A stretch of DNA of 64,000 bases, taken from NCBI GenBank assembly GCA_951406725.2, contig OX597819.1, positions 130,138,001 through 130,202,000 on the forward strand, given 5' to 3'. The DNA is from Octopus vulgaris (lineage: Eukaryota). The notes beneath the pieces were generated by a model that made no database searches, was not told the DNA's origin, and saw only the letters and a program-made list of their open reading frames with translations. Of the stretch, positions 43,549 to 57,804 are shown one piece after another (the first letter of the stretch is position 1; each line of letters starts with the position of its first letter). Both the position numbers and the translations under genes were made by a program.

Positions 43549-43874
43549 AGTACTATATATGCATATATACATAGGTATATGTACATACATACATAACTTA
43601 CATATATACGTGTATACACATGCATATGTGGGCACAGGAAGTCACGGAACGTAAAAACAAAAAAAAATACGAAAATATGGAATACGAAATACGAATACAT
43701 GAAATATGGACCTTTTTGGCGAACAACGAAGAAAAATCAAATAGAAAGCAAAACACGCAACATAAAGAACGACCCTTCATCAATTGTCAGCTGTTTTTCT
43801 AACTCGTATTTCGAGCATTTCGACTGAACGCCACGCATCCATTTCCAAGTAAGTTATATATATATATATGTATA

Positions 43875-44040
43875 GGGAGAGTTTACGAAAAAAACAAAAG
43901 ACGAAGACAGGTGGTGTACAAAACAAACAGATGTATTAGTATAACGCTCAGGAATAGAAAAAGTCTTTTACGTTTCGAGCCTACGCTCTTCTACAGAAAG
44001 GGACACAGAAAAAAAACAAGGAGAGAAACAAGGAGAGAAA
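43875..44040 (-). mobile_element. Family E short repeat in (TA)n with a hammerhead-like motif at 44000-43965
   Basis: Minus strand: CUUU-CUGUAGA-A-GAGC[GUAG]GCUC-GAAACGUA-AAAG. Second copy at 49476-49678. Confidence 0.75.
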
Positions 44041-44249
44041 ATATATATATATATATGGAGGTTTGTATATGAGTGTATAAGTGTATATGTTTTTGTGTAT
44101 GAATGCGCGCAATAAATGTCGCTTTGTTTTGGCCCCACAGTTTTAATAAATCATGTTACTTAAAATACTTGGTTTACATACGTTAGGTTTAATATATAAG
44201 TATATATTTGCCGTTGGAGATTTTATTTGAAACGGAAGGATCCAAAACT

Positions 44250-44470
44250 GGCAGTCTGTTGGTTACGACGAGGAGGGTTCCGGTTGATAAAATTAACGTG
44301 CAAGTGGTCCGGCACTCCATAGACAAGCATACTCTTAACGTAGTTCTCAGGGACATTCAGCGTGTATTAGAATGCAACAAGGCCAGTCGTTTGAAATACA
44401 AGTACGACGCCGCGCCGCCGGGGATAGAACTTACGATCTTACGGTCGTGCGCCGAATACCTTAATGATCC
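44250..44470 (-). mobile_element. Degenerate SINE: a different tRNA-like head joined to SINE C tail type 2
   Basis: The tail aligns to 28085-28260 (ggttacgacga.gagggttccggttgat, cttaacgtagttctc). The head ggtattcggcgcacgaccgtaagatcgtaagttc differs from family C. Confidence 0.6.
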
Positions 44471-44755
44471 ATGATTTAAGTAAAACACTTAATATACCAC
44501 GTAGAGTGTATGTTGTTTTAAATGACGAATGGCTTTTACAGAAATATCCCTGTTGCATTCCACTCAATACATCTGACAGTCATCGCTTCCCCAAGAATAC
44601 AACAGTAGGTGTGCGTGTGTGTGTGTGTGTGTGTGCGTATGTGTGTGTGTGCGTGTGTGCGTGAGTGTGTGTTGTGTGTGTGGTGTATGTATTGTGTGTG
44701 TGTGTGTGTGTGGCGTGCGTGTGTGTGGTGTGCTTGTGTGTGTGTGTGTGTGTGC

Positions 44756-44795
<40 letters not shown>

Positions 44796-44857
44796 TTGTG
44801 TGTGTGGTGTGCGTGAATGTGTGTGTGTGTGAGCGTGCGTGTGTATGTGTGTGTGTG

Positions 44858-44922
<65 letters not shown>

Positions 44923-44931
44923 GTGTGTGTA

Positions 44932-45141
44932 AGGCGACGAGCTGGCAGAATCGTTAGCACACCGTACAGAATGATAAACAGCATTTTGTTTTTACGTTCT
45001 GAGTCTCAAATTCCGCCGAGATCAACTTCGATTTTTGATCCTTTCGGGGACGATAAATTAAGTACCACTCGAACACTGGAGTCGATACGATCAACTTATC
45101 TCCTGGGAATGGCTGGCCTTGTACCAAAATTTGAAACCAAT
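44932..45141 (+). mobile_element. SINE family B (tail B2) inside (TG)n
   Basis: ggcgacgagctggcagaatcgttagcac...ggccttgtaccaaaatttgaaacc. Confidence 0.85.
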
Positions 45142-45150
45142 ACGTGTGTG

Positions 45151-45224
<74 letters not shown>

Positions 45225-45228
<4 letters not shown>

Positions 45229-45510
45229 GTGTGTGTCTTTGTGTGAGTGTATGCATTAAATGAGTTTATGTGTGTATTGTGTTGTGTGTGTATGTGTGTA
45301 TGTGTGTGTGTATGTGTGTGTGCATGTGTGTGTAACTGTGTGTGTAAGTGTGTGTGTAAGTGTGTGTCTTTGTGTGAGTTTATGCATTAAATGAGTTTAT
45401 GTGTGTATGTGTGTTGTGTGTGTATGTGTGTATGTGTGTGTGTATGTGTGTGTGCATGTGTGTGTAACTGTGTGTGTAAGTGTGTGTCTTTGTGTGAGTT
45501 TATGCATTAA
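45225..45510. repeat. (TG)n-derived minisatellite, three units of ~120-131 bp
   Basis: gtaagtgtgtgtctttgtgtgagt.tatgcattaa at 45225, 45356 and 45476. Confidence 0.9.
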
Positions 45511-45541
45511 CTGGGTTTGTGTGTGCATGTGTGTGTGTGCA

Positions 45542-45572
<31 letters not shown>

Positions 45573-45964
45573 GTTTATATTGAAAAAATTTACAGCTTTC
45601 TCGTTTTAACATTCTTTACATCAAGTTTGATTTTATAAAGACATGTGTTCGTATAAACTCTGTATATTTCATACGAGAATCGAAGTCCTGAAATCCATCC
45701 TGAACGTTTCTTCGCTTTCGTAGTCTCATCTTGTCAATGAATGAATTCCTGTTGCGTGTGTTACTGCTTGTTTGTGGCAAGCAAGGAAAATGCGAGTGGC
45801 GTAGATTTAACCACCAAAATTTGGAATTTTGACGGCCTGATTTAGACATGATCAGTCGAGTGTTCTTATTTTGTGTATGCTTAGTGAATGCAGTCAGCTT
45901 GTTTATTTTAACGTTGTGCTGTGTTATAAGTATTGCTTCCATCATTAATCGCCTATTTTGTGAA

Positions 45965-46940
45965 GAATTCCGTATAATAAAATGGAAGATGTTGAGAAAT
46001 TAAAGGAAGACCTAGAAAATAATTTCCCACTAAAATTCAACATCCAGAACAGAACAAATAAAACTGCTAGCTATACAATGAGTCCATTTCTAGACAAACA
46101 TTCAAAGAGAAAATAGCAGATATATCACGCCCGTGCAACGAATACACAAGGAAATGCTGAAAACAGCGAATGTCTACAGAGATAGAATGTGTCAATGGTG
46201 AAATCCCTACTTAGAAATGCTTTTAGATTCTCCTCCACATACGAAATAAAAGCAAATTCTAATCTACAAGCCTATAGACCAAGGCATAGAACAATATAAA
46301 CGCGTATAGAACGCGTTAAGTATATTTTACAATACACGTATTAAAATTGCACAAACCAGACATGAAATATATTACAAGAGTCAACTGGATAATAAATATA
46401 AATTAGATAAGCAAATGACTAAGAACATATAAACAGAATACATGCTGTGAACCAAACCACACCATAAACTAATACTAATAGAATAAAACATTAAAATTAA
46501 AATCTTCTTATGAATAAGAAACCATAAGGGTGGAAACCGTCAGCAAGCTGCTAATCTTGGAATTGATTTAGAAATTTGATTCAAAACGTGAAGTTGTAAA
46601 CTTCGCAAATTTAACTATTATGTTGGTCATAAAAGTACAGCACTCTATTACTGGTTCACTATGTATTTACAAGTAACTATTGCAATGCCGCACAACACAG
46701 AACCAAAAATAGAATATTAGTACACACTAGATTTACCATTCAAAATTCGACACAAAAATAAAGCAACTAATGATAAAAAAAATATACGTATATCGTCATA
46801 CATTTTATTGGTGGAATAAACACAAACGCTGACGTATAAAATTAAAACTAAATTTACAGCAGAAGATAAGATTACGAAAATCTAAAAAACATTGGTGCTG
46901 GATTTGGAAATTTTACTCTTCCAAAGCAAACTGTAAGGTT
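45965..46940 (+). pseudogene. Highly decayed Penelope-like RT C-terminus to GIY-YIG remnant
   Basis: EKLKEDLENNFPLKF..PFLD and NSECLQR*NVSMVKSLLRNAFRFSSTYE resemble PLE RT motif 6-7 and the thumb (S.CP.RYK..I...RA...SS). Confidence 0.55.
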
Positions 46941-48566
46941 CTCATATGGAAAAACACATGTATATGTATATATGTATATATACATATATATATGCATATA
47001 TATATACATATATGTATGTCTATATATACGTATAAATATATGTATATATTTATGTAAATATGTATATATATACACATATACATATATATGTATATGTATA
47101 TATGTATATATACATATATATATGCATGTATATATATATATATATGTGTGTGTGTGTATGTGTGTGTGTGTGTGTGCGCGTGTATGTATGTATTATTCAT
47201 AAATGGCAATTTCTGTATCGATCTGTCTGTTACCATCTTGCTGCCTACACCAGTGAACCAATCTTGAAGAAACTTTGCATACATCTTAAACTAATATCCA
47301 GTTCAATTATAGTCAAATTGGATTTCAATAAAACATCTATAATGCGCGCCCTAGGGTAGTTGGGCTATTACTTCATAAAATGAGAAGGGTGCAACGAGTG
47401 TTAGTGTGAGAGAAATGTGGTGACATAGTGAGTGTGGCTAATATCAGTGAAGGGGAGGACAGCGTTGTGTAAACGAAAAATTATCAAGTGGCAGTGGGAT
47501 GCTAACGTTAATACAGCTGTCATTCACGGATATACACGCGACGCATCATACAGGCTTTCGTAAATACATTTATGCATGCATACACGCGCATGCGCGCTCG
47601 CACACACACACGCACATACACATTACTAACTTTTAAAATGCCGAGCAAAGGAAAGAAAGGTGGGTTTGAGGAATACGTAGCATTAAGGAGAGAGCGGATG
47701 GGTGACTCTTCTGCTGTCGATCGCAAAGAAACACTCACACACACAGACACACACACATACATATATATGTATATACGTATATACAGATGTCTCCTATACA
47801 CTATTTTAAACTCGTGATTACCTGTGTGTACGTTTGTAAATGTGTTTCAGTGCGTATGTGGTTATGTGTGTGTGTGTGTAGGGGAGGGGTCCTTCAACTG
47901 TCTGTCTCTCTACTTTTGTCGGTTCTTCCCTGTTGCTGTCACATGTTGTGAAATTTTAAAATTACGTCAAAACTTTTCAAATTTGGTATATTGAAATAGT
48001 TTTCCACGTTAAATCCGATTTTGTAATTTATATGTTCCAGAAAAATTGCAGAAAAATGTTACTGGGGTTAAAATTGTAATCAATTTTACCCAATCAGAAA
48101 ACAGGATTTGAAAGCTGGCATTTTCTACATGATAGCTGTCTATCACAAAATGAAAGCAAAATCAACACGAGAAGGAATTTTTATTAAACAAACGAAAGCA
48201 AAGCATTGCAACGACTAAATTTGTAAGAATTTTATGAAGTTTTAATAAGTTTTAATGAATAAGGTCATGTGAAACGGTCAAACAGACGTGTAAATAATTT
48301 AAAAAGGAAGAAAAATCATCAACAAAGCTTTTTTTTCTCTGTGTGTGTGTGTGTGAAAAATTGCACAATTCTACCCTAATCAACAGGCCTATCTGTTGAG
48401 GAGCGCATGATCTGACATGGAATAAACAAACATTTATATGTATATATATATATATATGTATTTTTATATAGGTAGAGATATATATGCATATAAGCATATC
48501 TATCTGCCTGGTCTATCACACTCTATATACGCACATGCATTTGTGTATATATACGTGTGTGTGCGT

Positions 48567-48653
<87 letters not shown>

Positions 48654-49218
48654 ACATACACACATGTGTATATATATATGTATACACACACACATATATT
48701 CATATATAAACACACATCTACGCACACACACACACACGTATAAATATAGAAATAGATTAGCAATCTCGAATCGGAGAGAAAATAAGCTATGTTTTTATAT
48801 TTTTATATCTTTTAGAAACAAGTTTATGAAACTTAAGTGGAAATATCAGGATATGAGTCATTCGTATTTTGCAACCAAAAAAGCACTTTCACAGAATATC
48901 CACTGGAAGAGATACATCCAAGATGAGTTTATTACTAAAACAGGGATAAATTCGCTTCAACAACAGCTTGGGGATTCAGACCGTAAAGCGTGTGCACAAA
49001 TATTGCAAGTCATGTTGCTGAACTTCTAGAACTATCGCCAATCTACAGCGTTGGACTGGCACTTTACATTATAGCGCCCTGAAGAATTACAGGTATGTTT
49101 AACTTTCAAGGGATTGAATTCTGAAGGAAAAGAGCTGGAACAAACACAACCCTTTTTTCTGATTCTCCACTGATTCATATACATATTCTCGCACAAAGAT
49201 GTGTGTGTATATATGTAT

Positions 49219-49310
<92 letters not shown>

Positions 49311-49331
49311 CATATATATATACATATATAC

Positions 49332-49678
<347 letters not shown>

Positions 49679-49987
49679 TATATACAGATATAGATATATA
49701 TAAATGGTAGAAAATGGAATGAACGCCATTCTTTATTCGAATTACAACAATTGTTTCGACACATTTTTACACTCGTAGTACAGTAGTGAGATGTAGTGTT
49801 ATTATTATCATCAATGCAAGGAATAAACTGCACTTCCTCGGATGATTGTTTAAATAAGCCCATCGTAAGATTCTACTCTCATTTCACTCAATGTATCGCC
49901 TACTACAAGCTTCATCTCAAATCTTATTTAACCATATATGGGTATATATGTGTGTGTATATCCGCGCGCGCTCGTTTCTGTGTGAGA

Positions 49988-50095
49988 GACGGGTTTTCAG
50001 TTTCTGTCTACTAAATACATTCGCAAGGCTTCGGGACTGAACCAGAAACCAATTGGTTGTGTAGTACACTTCTTACCACGCAGCCACGCCCACGC
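49988..50095 (-). mobile_element. Degenerate, internally deleted SINE A 5' part
   Basis: ttcagtttctgtctactaaat..caaggctt|gggactgaacc..cttcttaccac.cagccac. Confidence 0.65.
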
Positions 50096-50200
50096 CATCT
50101 TCATGCCTGCTCCATCTTCGTAATTGATTGCCGCATATTTGTGCTTCCTCGTTGTCAATGAATATGTGTGTGCGCGTATGTGTGTGTGTGTATGTATATA

Positions 50201-50264
<64 letters not shown>

Positions 50265-50369
50265 TGAGCATATATGCAATGTATGACACATGCATACATT
50301 AATAAATGCGTGTGTGTGTATGTATATATATATATTCATTTATACTTGTATGTGGAATACACTGCGTGC

Positions 50370-50439
<70 letters not shown>

Positions 50440-50940
50440 GTCCATATGTGTGTATGTGTGTATACACAAACACAAATGCACAGATAAAGAAGAAGTGAGA
50501 AAGTGTGTAAAAGAGAAAGAGGGTGTGAGGGAGACTTTTAACACTTCTTCAACTTTCATTGGTTTATTTATAACAGAAATTTACATGTAAATACAGTTTT
50601 CTTTGCAAAGGAAACTATATTTACTGGTGAATTTATGTTTGAGATCAAACACATGCCTAACATAATAGTACATTTAAATCCATACTACTTGAGATACTAA
50701 ATGTAGCATTAAAAAGCTAAATACTGTAAGAGATTACTATTGATCTATCAAATTATCTACTTACCTATTTAAATTCTTCTGTTTTTGTAGCGGTTCCAGG
50801 TTGTTTGTCGTAAATTTTGAGTGTTTCATTTCCTCAGACCCCTCTCTCTTTCTCTTTCTCTTTCTTTTTCTCTCTTTCTCTATCGCTTTATCTATCATTC
50901 TATCTATCTGTCTCTATGTGTATATGTGTGTATGCATCTA

Positions 50941-51055
<115 letters not shown>

Positions 51056-51682
51056 CCTTCAAATCACAGCACATTGCCTAAAAGAGGGCATTGTATAATG
51101 TGATCTTCGCACATTATGCTTGAAAATATCAAAACGCATAAAAAAATAGTGGAGAAGGCCAAAGATGGAACGCTTTCGATCAATGGTCTATTCCATCTAG
51201 GCTCAGGGGTATAAACAACCACAAAATACCTACCAACCTACCTACATACATACATAGAAATATACATACATACAAATATACATACATACATACATACACA
51301 AATATATATATGCAATATAATTGTATGCATACATATATATGTACACACACACATATATATATATGTATATATAAAAACATTATATGTGTGTGTGTGTGTC
51401 TGTGTGTGCATCTATTTATATATGTAAACAGATAAATACGTAGGTAGATACATAGATTATTTGATTGATTGATCAATCAGGTTACTGTTTGATAGGTAAT
51501 TCATCATCCTCAAATCCCCGGGGACTAGAGAGAAAAATATGAGAGACAGGTAGATACACCCCACCCACATCTACACATACACACGCGTGCATTAATACAT
51601 ACATACATAGATTTCAACCAGACACCTGATGCAGCATATTGCTAGATATACGCACTTACACACCTTTAACTAGACACACCGA

Positions 51683-51734
<52 letters not shown>

Positions 51735-51744
51735 TGTATGTGTA

Positions 51745-51883
51745 TTAGCTTGCTAACCAACCACGTGATTCCGAGTTCAGTCCTACTGCTTGGCACCTTG
51801 GGCGAGTGTCTTCTACTATAGCCTGGGGCCGACCAAAGCTTTGTGAGTGGATTTGGTAGATGGAAACTGAAAGAAGCCCGTCG

Positions 51884-51932
<49 letters not shown>

Positions 51933-52130
51933 CTGTGTGTCTGTGTTTGTCACCCACCATCACTTGACAACCGATGCTGATGTGTTTACGTCCGCGTAAC
52001 TTAGCGGTTCGGCAAAAGACACCGATAGAATAACTACTAGGCTTACAAAGAATAAGTCCTGGGTTGATTTGCTCGACTAAAGGCGGTGCTCCAGCATGAC
52101 CACAGTCAAATGACTGACACAAGTATAAGA
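51745..52130 (+). mobile_element. SINE family A
   Basis: Aligns to the reference copy. Internal (TG)n is expanded. Confidence 0.9.
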
Positions 52131-52138
52131 ATAAATAT

Positions 52139-52230
<92 letters not shown>

Positions 52231-52686
52231 ATACAGGGAAAGTAAGGGACGACTACATATATACGAACGTACATACATGCAGGCAGACATGGGATCGATA
52301 GACTGACAGATATGCAGGTAGAAATAAAGACAGAGCGAAAGAAAGAGAGAGAAGGAGATAGAAAGCGGAAGAAAGAGTGAGAGAGAGAGAGAGGAGAGGC
52401 AGGGAGAGGCAGAATTAGGAGTAGGGAGAGAGAGAGAGAGAGCAATGCATATCTGACTGCTATTGTGCCTGTGTATGTGAGAGAGATGGAACGGGAGTCT
52501 GTGTGTCCGCTTTGGTAACTTGCTCAACAGTCTAGCTGCGACGGTTAGCATACGGTGAGTGAACTGCGTTGGTTATTAACTGTACTTGGCCGCGCTAAAC
52601 CCTGGGGAGTCGGGCGACCATTTTGCACGGATTTGTGAATGAGCTGCTAATGTGAAGGCAATACACAATCGCCACGGTGACAATAG

Positions 52687-52725
<39 letters not shown>

Positions 52726-52897
52726 GTCTTTCTTTCTTTCCTCCCTCCCTTCCTTCTTTCCTTCCTTCGTTCATTCCTTCTTTCTTTCTTATACACTTTG
52801 TTTCTTTCATGTTTTCTTTCTTCCACCTCGTCTGTCTGTCTCTGTCTGTCTGTCTCTCTCTTTCTCTTTCACTCACTCTCACCCCTCTCTCTCACTC

Positions 52898-52973
<76 letters not shown>

Positions 52974-52995
52974 AGAGTGGTATGTCAGTTGTAAA

Positions 52996-53227
52996 GGCGG
53001 CGAGCTGGCAGAAACGTTAGCACGCCAGGCGAGATGCTTAGCGGCATTTCGTTTGCCGTTACGTTCTGAGTTCAAATTCCGCCGAGGTCGACTTTGCCTT
53101 TCATTCTTTCGGGGTCGATAAATTAAGTACCAGTTACGCACTGGGGTCGATATAATCGACTTAATCCGCTTGTCTGTCCTTGTTTGTCCCCTCTATGTTT
53201 AGCCCCTTGTGGTAAGTAAAGAAATAG
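52996..53227 (+). mobile_element. Full-length SINE family B (tail B1)
   Basis: ggcggcgagctggcagaaacgttagc, B box gagttcaaattcc and tail tttagccccttgtgg..taaagaaatag. Confidence 0.92.
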
Positions 53228-53299
53228 ATATATGAACCAAGACTGAAACTATGTAAATGAGCACTATTTTCTGACACTAGCGAACCCTTGTATTGTCGC

Positions 53300-53329
<30 letters not shown>

Positions 53330-53330
<1 letters not shown>

Positions 53331-53465
53331 GACGGACAAACCTCTTAGCGGAATTTCGTCGTTCTGAGTTGAAATTCCGCCGAAGTTGACTTTGCTTTTC
53401 ATTCTTTCAGGGGTCATTTAAATAAGTACCAGTTGTGCACTGGGGTCGATATAATAGACTATTAC
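53330..53465 (+). mobile_element. Partial SINE B
   Basis: cgttctgagttgaaattccgccgaagttgactttg..aagtaccagtt. Confidence 0.75.
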
Positions 53466-53556
53466 TCCAAGAAACACCACCGACATTCAGATACGTATCG
53501 GCAAACACCTCCCATATATCTGTGTGTCTGTCAACCTCTCTCACACACTCTCTCTT

Positions 53557-53601
<45 letters not shown>

Positions 53602-53859
53602 CTCTCCACACACACATACACACACATATGTAAATCATCGTTATTCCTCAGAGAACCAGGATGAAATTCAAGAAGAATGGTATTTACGTGTATGTAGCCC
53701 CGTACATACAAATCACTAACACCTTTGTTCTTATGTTTAAACCCAATACTGCCTTGGAACAAAATCCTGAATTTTTTTCGCTCACACAAAGGTCACCTCA
53801 TATTTTTTGTTTGAAGTTACCGTTCCTGTATCGTTGTGCCTAAAATACAATCGACGAAG

Positions 53860-54400
53860 TAATTTCGAATTTGTGAGGTCATGTCTCACTCAAGAACCAT
53901 ATATATTTTGACAAAACTCTAGTGCAATTTTATCATGAATGTGTGTGTTTATAATATCAACTTTTGAATGTTTGTTCAGTTGCTTCAATATATATTTTAG
54001 GTTCATCGGTTCATCTCTGCCGTTTGTTTCAAATTTAGTGCTCTGCATTTTCGGCTTTAACAAGCAGTTAACTGGGTCTTCTCATGAATTCTGAAGTTAG
54101 ATGATAGTTGTTGGACAGCTTTTGCCTCTCTTTTTCATTCATTTTTGCAGTATTATAACTTCTGATCAATCAACCAATACTATTTCATGCTGAATAATTA
54201 ATATTAACATACTTCCTATTTAAAATCTTACTACACTTATGCCCTGGCGGAAAATGGTGATCTATTTACTAAGGAATTCCGTTAGCTATATTCATTCTTA
54301 GTGCTTTGCTAAATACGGGATAGGACCATAAAATGTCCCTTTCTCCTATTTATATTCTTACGTAGTGCGTTTCCTGTGTGTTTTTACGTATCGAAGAACC
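53860..54400 (-). pseudogene. Decayed Penelope-like linker plus GIY-YIG fragment
   Basis: Broken minus frames give LWSYPVFSK.LR.NIA (WFNPPFS-like), IDHHFPPGHK.SKILNRK, KIYIEATEQTFKS and LSKYIW. Confidence 0.6.
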
Positions 54401-54768
54401 CACTACTTCTTAGCGCCTCAATATAATTCTCAGTTGTTCCAAGAAAAAAATATTAATCGGAAGATATCGAAGACACTCTTTTAGCAATGCTGTCAATCAA
54501 GTTCCCCAAAGTGGGTGATTCGAGCGTCTATTCATGTAAGAACGAAGAAACATGCCTTTCATATAACATTTCAAAATATATTTAAACAAATGATTTTTCA
54601 AATGAACGTAGGCTTCATGATTAGAACTGAATGATTAGAACCGTCTGACTCGGAGTGTTGGAATTATGAGCCTTTCAGCTATAAAGTATTAAAGAACACT
54701 CAGCAATTACTGAGTGTTGTAATTTATCGCATATCGGTGGATCAACTGAGAATTACATACACACACAC

Positions 54769-55050
54769 GTGTAGTTTCCGTAATTTGTCTTAGCATTGCC
54801 TCTGTTCTATGTGTGAACAAGATTTTAACTTGTATATTGTTGAGTGAGCCCCCGTATTCCTGCTCACTCAACAACATAGAAGTTAAAATCTTGTCCACAC
54901 ATAGAACAGACTCAACGCTAAGACAAATTACGGAAGCTACACACATGACAGAAGATAAACCTAGCCTGAATAGGAAACTGGAATGGAACACTAGCACACA
55001 CACCCAACACACCAGAACAAATGACGGAATAAGATCCCCATAAACCGATA
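54769..55050 (+). mobile_element. 5'-truncated PLE GIY-YIG C-terminus with an 81-bp inverted duplication
   Basis: The right arm encodes CSLNNIEVKILSTHRTDSTLRQITEATH, continuing MTEDKPSLNRK (R..E..I...P.LN pattern). Arms 54769-54849 and 54862-54942 have 7 mismatches. Confidence 0.75.
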
Positions 55051-55241
55051 ACGATATGAATACAATACAATACACAGATAAATAAATGGAATGAAATAAC
55101 TATATACATTAACAAAATAAATTAAATTAAATACAAAAAAATAGAAAAAGAAAAGTAAGTAGATATAAACAAATGAATAAAATAAAGAATAATAAGTTAA
55201 ACGAACGTGTATAAACGGGGGATACTGATAATGCAGGCACC

Positions 55242-55327
<86 letters not shown>

Positions 55328-55979
55328 TATACGAATGCGCAAATAAAGACATACAATAGGAATACAAAATCGTAGATTATTAGTAAGGAGAGCCACACAA
55401 AAAAGAAAGAAGACAGCAAAGGACCACTGATGAGGTCACAGAAGTGTGACGAAAGAACTCTGGCCAAAATACGATTCATATAAAACAAAGCTGAAACAAG
55501 TCAACACCAAATATATAGTGCGTGTGTTTTATTGGCTAAACTGGCAACATGACCGTCCCCAAATACTGCAATATCTGTTTCAACACACGAAACACATCGT
55601 CCAGCCCTGTGTGGTCAATAAAGAAAGTTATTATATAAATATATATCCATTCTTTAATTCTCAGTTTACTTATTCTATCTCTCTATAAATCAATCAATCA
55701 ATCTATCTATCTACCTGTCTATCTATCTATAGCTAGCTATCTGTCTATCTATTTCTATAAACGATAAACTTCTACTCCACTATTCATGTGACCAACCGCC
55801 CATCCAATCAGCTATTATTATTCCATTAAAGTATTTGTCTACTGTCAAATATCCATACCCTGTGAATTCATGCGATAGAAATGGTGCGCAATGATGCTTG
55901 CTTCACAAAGTATCATTAACAATGTAACAGCTGGCATATAGGGTGGCGAAGTGACGAAAGAGACAGACAGACAGACGGG

Positions 55980-56065
<86 letters not shown>

Positions 56066-56079
56066 TGGTATTGTATGTG

Positions 56080-56122
<43 letters not shown>

Positions 56123-56187
56123 AAGAAAGAGGGAAAGAGAGAGATCATAGATTGCAGGATGACTAGCTGCTTGGCTGACTGGCTGAA

Positions 56188-56224
<37 letters not shown>

Positions 56225-56449
56225 GATATATAAATACACATACATGCAAAAATACACACACATATTCATACACATACACGCACACATGTAATATACAGAG
56301 AGAGTGAGGGTGAACGGGTTCGAGAATGAGAGAGATTGATGTATATATAGAATAGTCTGTTAGAACGATGCATATGTATGCATATATACATGCATATACA
56401 TACACAAATATATATATTACACAACGTATTTTTTTTTTTTCTTTTTTTG

Positions 56450-56664
56450 TACTTGTTTCAGTCATTTGACTGCGGCCATGCTGGAGCACCGCCTTTAGAG
56501 TGGTGAAAGAGTACAGCAGGGATCACCACCATCCCCTGCCGGAGCCTCGTGGAGCTTTTAGGTGTTTTCGCTCAATAAACACACACAACGCCCGGTCTGG
56601 GAATCGAAACCGCGATCCTCCGACCGCAAGTCCGCTGCCCTAACCACTGGGCCATTGTGCCTCC
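56450..56664 (-). mobile_element. Chimeric SINE: family C head plus family A 3' tail
   Basis: Minus strand: ...ctgtactctttcaccact|ctaaaggcggtgctccagcatggccgcagtcaaatgactgaaacaagt. Confidence 0.88.
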
Positions 56665-56894
56665 ATGTCCGCTGCCCTACACAATTTCAAAGCCGTATCC
56701 TCTATCGTCTGCTAAGACAGACGTTAGTTGTTTGCCATGTTTACCAAACAACAAAATACGCCATAACTCATAACGCATCAAGATCAGTTCAACCAGGAAG
56801 AGGCTTCTTCATGACTATCCGGCATGCTAGAAATAGCAACCAAATCTACCCCGAATCAAACGCCTGCATTTTGACAAAAATATGTAAACATCAG

Positions 56895-57300
56895 TGCAGG
56901 TGTGGCTCTGTGGTAAGAAGACTGCCTTGCAGCCACGTGGTTACGGGTTCTGTCCCTTCGCGTGGTACCTTGAGCAAGTGTTTTCTATTATAGCCTTGTG
57001 AGAGGATTTGGTACACAGAGTCTGAAAGAAGCCCTTCATATGTGTGTATGTGTGTGTGTCGCGCGCGCGTACACACGTATATACATACTTCGTATGTTTG
57101 TATGTGTTTTGTCCCCCACCATCGCTTGAGAACTGGTGTAGGTTTGTTTACGCTCTCATAATGTAGTGGTTCGGCAAAGAGTGGCGGATAAAATATGAAC
57201 TCGGTTTGAAAATATGTGCTGGGGTCGCTTTGGTCGACTAAACCTTTCACGTCAGTGCCCCAGCGTGGCCGCCGCAGTCTAGTGAGTGAAATAGTTAAGA
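56895..57300 (+). mobile_element. Older, diverged SINE family A
   Basis: gcaggtgtggctctgtggtaag..ggtaccttgagcaagtg..gtgccccagcgtggcc. Confidence 0.75.
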
Positions 57301-57345
57301 GATAAAAAAACCACGAAACAAACAAACAAACAAACAATACACGAA

Positions 57346-57400
<55 letters not shown>

Positions 57401-57767
57401 AAGGTCACAATGAATAATGCAATGCGGGGCAGACTGTTCTGGTAAAACAAAAAAGCAAAATAACCCCAAAAAACGGAAAAGCGTATAAAGGTGAAAACCT
57501 CACGGGTTCCGAGGCCTTTGATCATTCGCTCTTCTCGGAGGAGTCGAAGTTTAAACACTACGATCACTACTACCACAACAACTACAACAATCACTACCCT
57601 ACTACCACCGGCCCTACCCTCATCCAAAATACCAACAGCAACAACTACAACCTCAACAATACTACATCACTGTACTGCGATGAAGCGCCACTCACACTTC
57701 ATTGTCCGTCTGTCTGTCTATGTCTCTCTCACTCAGTATCTCTCTCTCTCTCTTTCTCTCTCTCTCT

Positions 57768-57804
<37 letters not shown>

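Noticed and set aside
47880-48250. Non-autonomous DNA transposon
   Set aside because: The composition is suggestive, but no termini or TSD could be defined.
48826-49029. Small ORF MKLKWKYQD...
   Set aside because: No recognisable motif or splice context. Likely chance or an unrecognised transposon remnant.
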